A DNA stretch of 64,000 bases from Octopus vulgaris (lineage: Eukaryota): positions 84,382,001 through 84,446,000 of the forward strand of contig OX597821.1 in the NCBI GenBank assembly GCA_951406725.2, read 5' to 3'. The notes under the pieces were generated by a model. It was not told where the DNA came from, searched no databases, and saw only the letters and a program-made list of their open reading frames with translations. Position numbers and translations under genes: made by a program. Below are positions 12,775-25,490 of this stretch, in pieces; position 1 is the stretch's first letter, and every line of letters begins with the position of its first letter.

Positions 12775-13120
12775 TTTACTTGATTGGACTTTGTTTCAGT
12801 TATTGGACTGAGGCCATGCTGGGGCACCACCACAAGGAGTTTAGTTGAACATATCTACCATAGTACTTATATTTTTGAAGTCTAGTTTTTATGGGTCTCT
12901 TTTGCTGAACCAGTCAGTTATGAGGACATAAACCAACAGTCAAACAATAGGGGGCACGAACACACACACACATACAATGGGCTTCCGATACAATTTCCTT
13001 CCACCACATTCACTCACAAAGCATTGGCTGGTCCAGGGCTATAAAAGACACCTGTTCAAAATTCCATGCAGTGGGACTGAACCCAAAACCATGTGGTTAC
13101 AAAACAAATATCTTAACCAG
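12775..13120 (-). mobile_element. Old SINE family A copy
   Basis: Diverged match to both halves of family A. Confidence 0.65.
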
Positions 13121-13724
13121 ACAGACATTCTTATAGCTATTCTTTACCTTGTGGAATCAATTCCCTATAAAGGCATCAGAGTCTAAGTTTGAATCTTTTG
13201 AGCACTACCAAGTGTCTTCTACACTGAGAATCCCTGGATCTCATTTGTGGACTCATACATGCATTCATTGTCATTCATACATACACACACACACACATAC
13301 ATACATACAAGATGAGAGAAAAGGGTTGTAGTATCAACTGCAGAATTCCGATGACATGTGCTGTAAACTATATATTTGTATTAACCACCACACCAAAGTG
13401 ACATCACAACTTTTGGTGGTACAGTCAATTTGCAATCTAACAACTTCTGTTACATCCAGAAGAAAGCCATTCATTTCTTGTGAATGGTCCACCAACAAAA
13501 AGTGTCTTCATTGTATCATTTAGCAACTAGAATGGACTTTTAATTTCGGGCTTTACTGTACTTCACACTCCAACCAAAAACGAAGGACAAGAGGCTCATT
13601 CAAATTACCCCTTCACCAGAGCTCCATTCCCTTCCATGCTGCCCAGTCTGCTTCCAGTCAAAGAAGAGAAGGGGAAAAACTTTGAGTCAATAACAGAGTT
13701 TGCACATACATGATCACTAGACCT

Positions 13725-13892
13725 ATTTGAAACAGCAGTTAAATCTCCCTCAAATGACACTACCACCTCAAAATGGAAAAAGGACACACAAGGTGATATA
13801 GTCTTAGATTTGCTGTAGCTGGGTAGGTGGTGATGGTGGAGAAGACGTAACTGGAATGCCTTAAATCAGAGCTGATCTGGCAAATAACACAA
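13725..13892 (+). mobile_element. Old interspersed repeat, family E
   Basis: GAAA(T/C)AGCAG..AAATCTCCCTCAAAT...CTGGAATGCCTT..ATCA motif recurs near 22375, 24515, 36475, 40545 and 41470, and inverted near 19500, 33600, 35130, 39260 and 49200. Confidence 0.55.
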
Positions 13893-14202
13893 CCAACCAA
13901 TGTTTTAAATACCAGATTAGTCACACCAAATTTCTCAAACTTTCTATTGCTGGTGAAAATACTCCCTCCACTGACCATAAATAACAGTTATCTACCTGTT
14001 CAGCCAGTAGACAGACAGTTTTTGTAATTGAAAGAAAAGGTTCACAGAATGGTAGAAATGATAGAATACAAGGTTATAAATCTTATTCAGTGAAACTGTA
14101 GACGCCAATGAAACTAACTGAAGGGGTTTCTTAGATGCAAAAAGTTCAACCAGTCAAAGTTTCATAAAATATCGATAAGCAAAGAACTAAGTATAGTTTT
14201 TA

Positions 14203-16776
14203 GAGGTGCCGACAGAGATCAAAGAGGGTGCCGACAGATCAAGGAGGGTGCCCGACAGAGATCAAAGAGTGCCGACAGAGATCAAAGAAGAGTGCCGAAA
14301 GAGATCAAAGAGGAGTGCCGAAAGAGATCAAAGAGGAGTGCCGAAAGAGATCAAAGAGGAGTCCCGAAAGAGATCAAAGAGGAGTCCCGACAGAGATCAA
14401 AGAGGGTGCCGACAGAGATCAAAGAGGGTGACGAAAAAGATCAAAGAGGGTGCCGACAGAGATCAAAGAGGGTGCCGACAGAGATCAAAGAGGAGTGCCG
14501 AAAGAGATCAAAGAGGGTGCCGAAAGAGATCAAAGAGGAGTGTCGAAAGAGATCAAAGAGGGTGCCGACAGAGATCAAAGAGGGTGCCGACAGAGATCAA
14601 AGAGGGTGCCGAAAGAGATCAAAGAGGGTGCCGACAGAGATCAAAGAGGGTGCCGAAAGAGATCAAAGAGGGTGCCGAAAGAGATCAAAGAGGGTGCCGA
14701 CAGAGATCAAAGAGGGTGCCGACAGAGATCAAAGAGGATGCCGAAAGAGATCAAAGAGGGTGCCGAAAGAGATCAAAGAGGGTGCCGAAAGAGATCAAAG
14801 AGGGTGCCGACAGAGATCAAAGAGGGTGCCGACAGAGTTCAAAGTGGGTGCCGACAGATATCAAAGAGGGTGCCGACAGAGATCAAAGAGGGTGCCGACA
14901 GAGATCAAAGAGGGTGCCGACAGAGATCAAAGAGGGTGCCGAAAGAGATCAAAGAGGGTGCCGACAGAGATCAAAGAGGGTGCCGACAGAGATCAAAGAG
15001 GAGTGCCGACAGAGATCAAAGAGGAGTGCCGAAAGAGATCAAAGAGGAGTGCCGAAAGAGATCAAAGAGGAGTGCCGACAGAGATCGAAGAGGGTGCCGA
15101 CAGAGATCAAAGAGGGTGCCGAAAGAGAACAAAGAGGGTGCCGAAAGAGATCAAAGAGGGTGCCGAAAGAGATCAAAGAGGGTGCCGAAAGAGAACAAAA
15201 AGGGTGCCGAAAGAGATCAAAGAGGGTGCCGACAGAGATCAAAGAGGGTGCCGACAGAGATCAAAGAGGGTGCCGACAGAGATCAAAGAGGGTGCCGCCA
15301 GAGATCAAAGTGGGTGCCGAAAGAGATCAAAGAGGAGTGCCGACAGAGATCAAAGAGGAGTGTCGAAAGGGATCAAATAGGGTGCCGACAGAGATCAAAG
15401 AGGGTGCCGAAAGAGATCAAAGAGGGTGCCGAAAGAGATCAAAGAGGGTGCCGAAAGAGATCAAAGAGGGTGCCGAAAGAGATCAAAGAGGGTGCCGACA
15501 GAGATCAAGGAGGGTGCCGAAAGAGATCAAAGAGGGTGCCGACAGAGATCAAAGAGGGTGCCGACAGAGATCAAAGTGGGTGCCGAAAGAGATCAAAGAG
15601 GGTGCCGCCAGAGATCAAAGACGATGCCGACAGAGATCAAAGTGGAGTGCCGAAACAGATCAAAGAGGAGTGTCGAAAGAGAACAAAGAGGGTGCCGAAA
15701 GAGATCAAAGAGGGTGCCGAAAGAGATCAAAGAGGGTGCCGAAAGAGATCAAAGAGGGTGCCGACAGAGATCAAAGAGGGTGCCGACAGAGATCAAAGAG
15801 GGTGCCGAAAGAGAACAAAGAGGGTGCCGAAAGAGATCAAAGAGGGTGCCGAAAGAGATCAAAGAGGGTGCCGAAAGAGATCAAAGAGGGTGCCGAAAGA
15901 GATCAAAGAGGGTGCCGACAGAGATCAAAGAGGGTACCGAAAGAGATCAAAGAGGGTGCCGACAGAGATCAAAGATTGTGCCGACAGAGATCAAAGAGGG
16001 TGCCGACAGAGATCAAAGAGGGTGCCCGACAGAGATCAAAGAGGGTGCCCGACAGAGATCAAAGAGGGTGCCGACAGAGATCAAAGAGGGTACCGACAGA
16101 GATCAAAGAGGGTGCCGACAGAGATCAAAGAGGGTGCCGACAGAGATCAAAGAGGGTGCCGAAAGATATCAAAGAGGGTGCCGAAAGAGATCAAAGAGGG
16201 TGCCGACAGATATCAAAGATGGTTCCGAAAGAGATCAAAGATGAGTGCCGAAAGAGATCAAAGATGAGTGCCGACAGATATCAAAGAGGAGCGCCGAAAG
16301 AGATCAAAGAGGAGCGCCGAAAGAGATCAAAGAGGGTGCCGACAGAGATCAAAGAGGGTGTCGAAAGAGATCAAAGAGTGCCGACAGAGATCAAAGAGGA
16401 GTGTCGAAAAAGATCAAAGAGGGTGCCGACAGATATCAAAGAGGGTGCCGACAGATATCAAAGAGGGTGCCGACAGATATCAAAGAGGGTGCCGACAGAG
16501 ATCAAAGAGGGTGCCGACAGAGATCAAAGAGGGTGCCGAAATAGATCAAAGAGGGTGCCGACAGATATCAAAGATTGTTCCGAAAGAGATCAAAGATGAG
16601 TGCCGAAAGAGATCAAAGATGAGTGCCGACAGATATCAAAGAGGAGCGCCGAAAGAGATCAAAGAGGAGCGCCGAAAGAGATCAAAGAGGGTGCCGAAAG
16701 AGATCAAAGAGGGTGCTGAAAGAGATCAAAGAGGAGTGCCGAAAGAGATCACAAATGGTGTCGAAAGAGATCAAAG
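14203..16776. repeat. 22-bp minisatellite GAGGGTGCCGA(A/C)AGAGATCAAA, about 115 units
   Basis: Head-to-tail units with 20- and 23-nt variants and no spacers. Confidence 0.97.
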
Positions 16777-16907
16777 TCCACTCAGTGAGCAGACCTCTAA
16801 TCAAAAGATGTTCCAACAATAACCATCCTACTCGTTTTTCTTTCCCCCAGAATATTTTTCTAACTCATGTGGTTCCCCTGATGGTTACAGCTATTACAAG
16901 AGAGACA

Positions 16908-17302
16908 CTTTTACTCTTTTACTTGTTTCAGTCATTTGACTGCAGCCATACTGGAGCTACTGCCTTTAGTTGAGTAAATCAACCCCGGGACTTATTCTTT
17001 GTAACCCTAGTACTTATTCTATTGGTCTCTTTCGCTAAACCACTAAGTTACGGGGATGTAAACACACCAGCATTAATTGTCAAGTGATGTTGTGGGGACA
17101 AACGCAGATGCACAAACACACACACACACATATATATATGTGACGGGCTTCTTTCAGTTTCCATCTACCAAATCCACTCAAAGCTTTGGTCGACCTGAGG
17201 TTATAGCAGAAGACACTTGCCCAAGGTGCCACGCAGTGAGATTGAACCCGGAACCATGTGGTTGGTAAGCAAGCTACTTACCAACACAGCCACTCCTGCA
17301 CC
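16908..17302 (-). mobile_element. SINE family A
   Basis: Full-length reverse copy with (AAGAGTA)n-type tail. Confidence 0.85.
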
Positions 17303-17818
17303 TATTATGTATTTATTTCCATTTTTTTTCTTTTTTTTTTTAAGAAGGAAGAACACACTGACCGACTAGAAATGGTTCCTTCATCAAGTATTTGTGTAAC
17401 TCGATTGATTACACTCCGCTTCCAAAATTTGTGGCTTTGTGCCACAAAATAAGATATCCCCATCACCATTATTATGGTTACAGTATAGATTACTGGCAGA
17501 CCTAATATAATGTTGGACTGGACTAAAAGCATTATAGTATTCAGTTACAGTATTTAGTTTAAATTCCACAAGCTTCAGCATTCCTCAGGAGTCAATAAAG
17601 TATTTGGGGGTTGATAACTAAACAGTCTCTCTCTTGTTGCTTCATGTTGGCAGAATTGTAAGAGCATCTGACAAAATTGCCCAACAGTATTTATTCCAGA
17701 TCTTTTAATTATGGTTTCAAATATCACCAAAGTCAATTTTACCTTTCATCCTTTTATTATTATCATAATTATAAAAGGTGACAAGCTGGCAGAATTGTTA
17801 GCACACTGGACAAAATGC

Positions 17819-18246
17819 TTTACTCTTTACTCTTTTACTTGTTTCAGTCATTTGACTGCGGCCATGCTGGAGCACCGCCTTTAGTCAAGCAAATCGACCC
17901 CGGGACTTATTCTTTGTAAGCCCAGTACTTATTCTATCAGTCTCTTTTGCCGAACCACTAAGTTACAGGGATATAAACACACCAGAATTGGTTGTCAAGC
18001 GATGTTGGGGGGACAAACACAGACACACGATGTTGGGTCGACAAACATATGCACACATACATATATATATATATACATATATACGACAGGCTTCTTTCAG
18101 TTTCCGTCTACCAAATCCACTCACAAGGCATTGGTTGGCCCGGGGTTATAGCAGAAGACACTTGCCCAAGATGCCACGCAGTGGGACTGAACCCGGAACC
18201 ATGTGGTTGGTTAGCAAGCTACTTACCACACAGCCACTCCTGCGCC
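17819..18246 (-). mobile_element. SINE family A inserted into a family B chain
   Basis: Young full-length copy; family B head at 17777-17820 on the left and B core from ~18270 on the right. Confidence 0.85.
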
Positions 18247-18269
18247 ATTTCATTCATCTGCTGAGATTG

Positions 18270-18990
18270 ATTTTGCCTTTCATCCTTTCGGGGTCGATAA
18301 ATTAAGTATCAATGAAACAGTGGGATCATTGCAATCGACTAGTCTCCGCCCTCAAAATTTCAGGCCTTGCGCCTTTAGTAGAAAGGATTTCAGGCGGCAA
18401 GCTGGCAGAATCGTTAGCATGATGGGCAAAATGCTTAGCAGTATTTCACCTGTCTTCAGTCTGCGTTCAAATTGTGCTGAGGTCAACTTTGCCATTCATC
18501 CTTTCAGGGTTGATAAAATAAGTATCAGTCACGTACAGGAGTCGATGTAATTGACTAGCTCCGTCCCCTAACATTTCAAGCCTTGTGCCTATAGTAGAAA
18601 GGATTATTATCATAATTATTGACCCCTAAAATTCATAAGGCCAGTTACTCAGAGATCACAACAATGAACAGAGTACCAATCCATTGCAGGGTTCGAGGCC
18701 AGTAATTTTGAGGGGACGGAACAAGTTAATTACACAGACCCCATTACGTGACTGGTACTTTATTGTATCAACCCTGAAAAGAAGGCAAAGTTGGGCAAAG
18801 GTGGGATTTGAACTTAGAAGCATACAGTTGGAAGTCATGCCATTAAGTACTTTGTCCAATGTGCTAATGATTCTGCCAGCTAGACAACTTCTTTTATCCA
18901 TGGGGTTGATAAAATAAAATACCAGTCAAGCACTAGGGTTGATGGTATCGACTTAATCCTCAGCCCAAAATTTCAGGCCTTGTGCATCTG
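18270..18990. mobile_element. Cluster of family B variant SINE pieces in both orientations
   Basis: Repeated GCTGGCAGAATCGTTAGCA heads, TTCATCCTTTC cores and TTTCAGGCCTTG tails. Confidence 0.7.
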
Positions 18991-20613
18991 TTGAAAACAT
19001 TGAAAAAAAAGGGATACAGAAATGGTTGAGCACAAGATTAAAAGTCTTTATGGTATCTAGCTTCTCTTACTATATGTTTATAAGTTCAAATACTTCTGAA
19101 GGACATTTTTGCAATTCATCTTTCAGGGTTTAATTAAACATGCACCAGTAATTTATTAAGGCCAATTTAATCAATCATACCTACTCTCCTAAAAATATGA
19201 GTTTGTGTTTGAGTGGCCTCATGCCAAAATTAAAAATTATTCATTTGCACCTCCAACTATGGCAACCTACCAAATATTAGCATCTCTTTCACCATATGTC
19301 TGTCCATATGGACTTGAATCTTATTCCTTTACATTCAGCAATTGACATAATTTATTCAGATATATTTCCTACCTAAATAGTCCCTTAAACTCCTGTTACA
19401 CACAGATTTATTTACACTTCATCCCATTCATCTTGCTTCCACAGAATTTCCATCATTACTACCCCCTACTGTACCCATTTATTAGTTACTGGATTTTAAC
19501 TCTGGTCAGCCCTGCTTGACCCAGCAGCCATATGTCTGGGAAGTATCCAGCCTGTGGCTATTCCTTCTTTATATTTAGTGTCTCTTGAACTACTTTATTT
19601 AATATGTCCTTAGTTTTATTTTTCAAGTTGATAAGGCTATAATACGAGGGGGCTGAGGGCCCCCCCCCCCTGCCTTATTGGCTAGGATTTAACTATTAGT
19701 ACAGGCATCACTGGCATCGTCAAAATATAAGCCTGACATAGAAATAGTTTTATTGGTCTACGAGAGATTGTAAATATCATTAGAATAACTACACACTTAA
19801 CTATACGCAAACATAATAACCTTTGTAAAAAAAAAAAGGAAAAAGCATAAAATACAATTCCTCTAAACTTTTTCAGTCATATGGCACAGTAAATAGTAAA
19901 CCAGTATTGTAAGCCCTGGTAACTATGGACTCTCTTACACCACATGACAGTTCCCCCACCACCACCGCCCACATCACCATTGCTGATTATGTTATTTATC
20001 TAAATGGTTACCACTGCCACTACTGCCACAACCATCACAGACTGAGTCATTCAAATAACTATTTCAAGTGAACTAACCTATCTTTCCCTAACCTTGGGAT
20101 GTATCCACAGCTCACTGTATCAATACACTAAATTTATGAAGTGTTGTTTCCCAGTCAGGCTGCTTGAAATAGCATTACAACTCTCCCACACTGTCTACAA
20201 ACACACACACACACACATATACACACAAGCACAGTATAAAGTTCCTACCAACCAAAACACAACCAATCCTTCCTGAAGCAAGTGGTGGTGGTCGTGGTGG
20301 TGTTTTTTATGATGATGCTACTGTTGTTTTTGAAACAATTTTGAACTTTCAAAAATTTTTTAATATCAAGTGCTGAAGAACTCTCTTTCACATACAGACA
20401 AAATAGAGACAATAAAAAAAAATTGGTTAATATTTCAGTTATTTAGTCAAAGCTATTGTCCTTTAGTAAACGAAATAAAGCAATTTGGTTACCGTAAATA
20501 ATAATTTACTGCATGTTTGAGCTAGTTATGAGTATTCTCCAAAGTATGTTAGAATGGGGTGGTTGTCACTGCCTAGCCCCAGGTCAGTCTTCATACAAAC
20601 AGACAACCTATGA

Positions 20614-20783
20614 TCATCTGCCTTTTTTTATATCAATGACTAAATTGTTCAATCTGTCCTGCCTGTTTTAAGCTGGTAAGGTATGAGAAAAATCTCCAAT
20701 TTTCTCATACCATACCAGCTTAAAAAAACAGGAAGGACATGCTGAAATGACTTAGTCATTGATATAGAAAAAAAGGTGGATGA
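20614..20783. repeat. Long fold-back inverted repeat
   Basis: Arms of about 80 nt around a short ATCTCCAA loop. Confidence 0.85.
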
Positions 20784-21199
20784 GCTTGGCAATCAGAGAC
20801 ATTCCAAGTAGAGCCACTACTTCTCTGAATTGAGAGACCACAGATATGATACTACAGACTTGTGATAAGAAAATCTCAGGAAAGAATTGCTGGACAGGCT
20901 TTACAGGTAAAAGATAAATGGCAGAAAACTGAGAACAAGACTGCAAGATAACATCTATGAGCTCGGTTGGTCTGTGTTAGGGATCCAGCCAGATCAATTG
21001 GAGGTAGGACCTAATGGAGGGCATGCTTGACAACTCTTCCTTAATGATCCTCTCAGGTGTAAGTGGGTGCAGAAGATGTGATGAAAGGTGTGAGAAAATC
21101 AGAAATTTGACTGCTATTTTTAGTAGGCCAAACAACCAGTTTATTATTATTTGCTAAATCTGGAAGTAAGATAATGTGCATGACCTTTATTGAATTCAC

Positions 21200-21480
21200 A
21201 GACGTCAGTGATATAGATTTACATCATTAATGTTCCTCTTGAACCTTTTCAAGTTAACAGCAACAGGAAAGAGATGAGGAGGGGAGGGAATTCCAGAGGG
21301 CCAACTTTTCCAAGAAGGAAGGACTGGGCATAGCGATTAGTACAGGAAATGGAGGTGGGGTTGACATAATAACAAATGAATGGGACAGGACGACCCGAGT
21401 GGAGGTAGCATGAGCGCTATACAATGGCTTTTAAAATGAGGTGGAAGCTGCTGCTATAGAGTGGCCTTTGCTCCTAACCA
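21200..21480 (-). mobile_element. CR1/Jockey-group LINE 3' fragment
   Basis: Frameshifted translation TNRYAQSFL..LWNSLPSS..FPVAVNLKRFKRNIN, typical of these ORF2 ends. Confidence 0.6.
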
Positions 21481-21694
21481 AGGCGCAAAGGCCTGAAAAT
21501 TACATCAGTAGGTTCAGTTAGACTTAACCCTGTCATGCTGTGTTCTTGCTATCGCAGGAATAGGTTAAATGTCATCTTTACCAAATTCCCAGTAAGGGCA
21601 ATGATGAACAACACACAGAAAAAGAAGATGCAGCTGGTTCTGTCCATTAGTTTGCCAGCCATCATTACTCTTGTTCTGTATTTCTTTTATTCTT

Positions 21695-22010
21695 TCTTTT
21701 ACCCGTTTCAGTCATTTGACTGTGGCCATGCTGGAGCACTGCCTTTAGTCAAGCAAATTGACCCCAGGACTTATTCTTTGTAAGCCTAGTACTTATTCTA
21801 TCGGTCTCTTTTGCTGAACACAGACACAAACATATATACACACATACATATATAGATAGATACATACACACATATGAAGAGCTTCTTTCAGTTTCCATCT
21901 ACCAAATCCACTCACAAGGTTTTGGTCAGCCTGAGGCTATGCAATGAAACTGAATCCGCAACCATGTGGTTGGGAAGTAAGCTACTTACCATACAGCCAC
22001 TCCTGCACCT
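21695..22010 (-). mobile_element. SINE family A, internally deleted
   Basis: Matches the family A 3' part and head with two gaps. Confidence 0.75.
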
Positions 22011-23114
22011 ATATGCAACTATTTATTTTTTTGCTCAGGGACCAGGTGGAGGGCAGACACAGGGACCCATGTTTGAGAGGGTTAATTGCAATTTATGCAA
22101 TGCAAGAGGACTCAAAAAGAGTATCTTGCTCTGAGGTGAGGTCTACTGTGAAATCTGTTCAAGCTGGCAACAATATGACCTCAAGAAACAACCCCCAACA
22201 AAGGTGCCTCTACACTAGTCATGAGCAAATTGTGGATCTTGCACAGCCAGTGAGACTTTCTGAATCAACAGAAAATTACCATGAAATTTTTAGTGGTGTG
22301 CCCCATCCAATAATGATCCATGTCTCAAGTGGTCTGCTACCCATACCTGTTCTACACAGTCACTCACCTTGTTAGAAATCAGTCAAATCTTCCTCAAATC
22401 ACATCCTAGAATCTCATGAAAAAAAACCAACACACAAGAGAAGATTGTCTGTCCTGTGTCTACAGAAAAATGTAATGTCCCATAGCTGTAATGACTAATA
22501 ATTAATCAGCTCAGGTGGAACTGATCTAGAGCTAAAAATCACAAATTATCAGAGATTTTCAGCTGCCTTACAGTCAATAAACATCCTTTGATTCTTTCCT
22601 CTCTCATCTCTTGTAATAATTATATTAAGTTTGCTTCCCAGTCACTGCATGGCTCCTTGGACATATATCTATGCATGCGTGAGTCTGTGTATGTTTGTGT
22701 CACTGCCATGACATCATGTGTTAGTTGTAAACAAGTGTCACTGTTAAGCAGGCAGTGTTGTTTATTTCCAGTATTGAGTAAAAACGTGTGGCGATGAAGA
22801 AATACTACCTTGCTTGGAAATAAGTGAAGGTTGGTGACAGGAAGACCATCCAACCATAGAAAATCTGACTCAATAAATGCCATCCAACCTATGCAAGCTT
22901 GGAAAAGCAGGTATTAAAACAATGATGATAATTAGTCAAATCCCAACCGTAGTCATGCTTAGTGAGCTATTTGCCTATGCCACAGTCTTAACCAATTTCT
23001 ACAACTGTGCTCAGGTAATCGGTGTCACAATGGTGTCCAAGATGGAAATCCAATATGGCCACCACTGAGTAAAGAATCAACACTATCAGTAAACTACCTG
23101 CTAATAACTGAGAT

Positions 23115-23252
23115 TTACTCTTTTAACTTGTTTCAGTCATTTGACTGCGGCCATGCTGGAGCACCGCCTTTAGTCGAGCAAATCGACCCCGGGACTTATT
23201 CTTTGTAAGCCCAGTACTTATTCTAACAGTCTCTTTTGCCGAACCGCTAATT
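23115..23252 (-). mobile_element. SINE family A, 3' fragment
   Basis: Near-identical to 56347-56482. Confidence 0.8.
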
Positions 23253-23394
23253 TACAATAAAACCTCCATATAGTAGCTTAACCTGTCAAAAATAACCAAC
23301 CAAACCTACCTCAAAAATTAACCTTCTGTCTTATAAGAAAGGACAGTGGATTATGTAGTTCTTCATAAACTGTGTCATCATCATGGTTTATTTT

Positions 23395-23755
23395 TCTATG
23401 TTTGTATGGATAAGATGGAGGTAATTGAGGCAGTTTTCTATGGTCAGATGTTCTTGTCACCAACTCTCACCTGTTTCCAAGCAAGGTAATATTTCCCAAT
23501 GGCCAGACAGGTTTTTCATGGAAGACTGGAAGTGAACAACACCGCTTGTAAGATGGTGAAGCTCATTTACAACTAACACATGATGTCAAGACAAGAGTAC
23601 ACACTATCTCTCTCTCTCTCACTCACACACACACACAAAAACAGGTTTCTTTAAGTTCTGTCTACTGAATCCACTCAGAAGGGTTTGGTCAGCAAAGAGC
23701 TATAATAGAAGACACTTGCCTGAGGTGCCATGTGGCAGGACCGAACCTAAGAACA
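23395..23755 (-). mobile_element. SINE family A variant with alternative 3' half and (GAT)n tail
   Basis: Family A head joined to CTTGCTTGGAAACAGGTGAG...; relatives at 31372-31790 and 35323-35720. Confidence 0.6.
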
Positions 23756-24774
23756 CACGAAAAAATAAAGGAGTGGGGTAGGGGTGGATTGGTAATGGTT
23801 ACAACACTTTTAATCATAGATCTATTAAATCGGGATGGATTTCTAGCTAAAAAAGAAAAAAGTAAAAAGAAAACAAACAGGTGTTCATTAGTAAACAGAA
23901 CTCTTATATAGAGGTCCTTAGGTTGTCACGAGCCAACAGAATCATTAGGTCAAAGTCTTATCCTAGTTTCTATGATGTGTAAGTGACCAATAATACAAAA
24001 CCTACCCCTGAATAGGACACCAGCCTGTTTTAGGTTTAACCTTCACTTATTACTGGAACTTATTTTTAACAATGTGAAAAGAAGTGTTTTGCTCAAAAAC
24101 GCAATGTGCTGCCCAGTCTGGGAATCAAAACCATGACTCAGAAATTGTGAATCTAACACCTTAACCACTGGGCCATGTGACTTCCCATAACCTCGAGGCT
24201 TTCACAGCTTTAATAACTGCATTTATGTCTTCTGGTTCTTAACCAAAATATTAATTTTCTACAATCCAAAAGATTCTATAAATAGCAGTATTTCTATAAA
24301 CAAAGTCACATCTACTCAACAAAGGAGCTTGTTTTCTGAAAAGAGTAACTTGCAAGATCACCATTATTATTTAACATCCATTTTCCATCTTGGAATGGGT
24401 TGGACTGTTTGACAGGAGCTGCAATCTAAAGGAATTCACCAGGCTTTAGTGTCTGTTTTGGTATGAATTTTATGGCTGGATACCCTTCCTAACACCAACC
24501 ACCTTACAAGATATAGCAGCTAAATCTTTCTCAAATACCTGAGCATTTTAAGAAAGAAAGAAACACAAAAGATATACAAAAGATGGAATCGTCATGGATG
24601 GAACATCTCTGAATCATAGGTCTACCTGACCAGGGTTGACTTTGGACTAAGCAACAACAAACATTTTACTGAACTCCTTTCCACCTCCACTAAGTGTCAA
24701 GTTCAAAACTGACCACATGTGATAGAATCTAATCTGCCATTCTATAACATTCTGCTTTTGAGTAGGCACTATCT

Positions 24775-25158
24775 TCTTACTTGTTTCAGTCACTGGACTG
24801 CAGGTATGCTAGGGTACCATCTTAAAGGATTTAGTTGATGAAACTGACCCTACAATACTTTTTTCTTTTTTTTTTTTTAAACTATATACTCAATCTATTG
24901 ATCTCTTTTGCCAAACTGCTAATTTACAGGGACATAAACAAACCCACACCAATTGTCAAGTAGTGGTGAGGGACAAGCACAAAGACATATACACACATAT
25001 ATGACAGGCTTCTTTTATGTTTTGTCAACCAAATCCATTCACAAGGTATTGGCTGGCCCATATAGACACTTGGCCATAGCAGACACTTGTCCAAGGTGCC
25101 ATGCAGTGGGACTGAATTCGAGACTATGTGGTCAAGAAGCAAGTTTCTAAACCACTGG
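24775..25158 (-). mobile_element. SINE family A, diverged
   Basis: Both halves recognisable. Confidence 0.7.
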
Positions 25159-25196
25159 CACAAAAACTCTTTAAGCCACTTAGCTATCCCTGTTCC

Positions 25197-25490
25197 AAGG
25201 CACATAGCTTAGTGGTTAAGGTGTTGGACTCACGATCATAAGACAGAGGGTTTGATTACTGGATTGGGAGATGTGTACCTGAGCAAAACACTTCACTTCA
25301 CATTGCTCCAGTCCACTCAGCTATAGAAATGAGTACCACTAGTGGAGGTGTGTTGCTAAGTAGTTAGGGTGATAGATTCACGAAAGTAGGTTGTGGTTTC
25401 GATCCCTGGACTGGGCAATCCATTGTGTTCTTGAGCAAAACACTTCATTTTATGTATTGCTCCAGTTCACTCAACTGTAGAAATGAGTTT
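25197..25490 (+). mobile_element. Two tandem family C SINE heads
   Basis: Repeated TAG(T)GGTTA(A/G)GG...TGAGCAAAACACTTCA...TGCTCCAGT..ACTCA..AGAAATGAGT. Confidence 0.7.

Noticed and set aside
13605-13978. Retroviral or transposase ORF flanking the minisatellite
   Set aside because: Overlaps an old family E repeat; no recognisable RT, integrase or transposase motif.
14203-16776. CRISPR array
   Set aside because: Units are contiguous with no unique spacers, there are no cas genes and the context is eukaryotic.
14206-16822. 797-, 605-, 362- and 272-aa ORFs as a protein-coding gene
   Set aside because: They arise from a stop-free 22-bp unit; the longest start at GTG, all frames give the same peptide and no unique domain is attached.
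17988-18305. Recurring peptides such as AEDTCPRCHAVGLNPEPCGW and MRNWYLIYRP as a gene family
   Set aside because: They are translations of SINE A and B copies.
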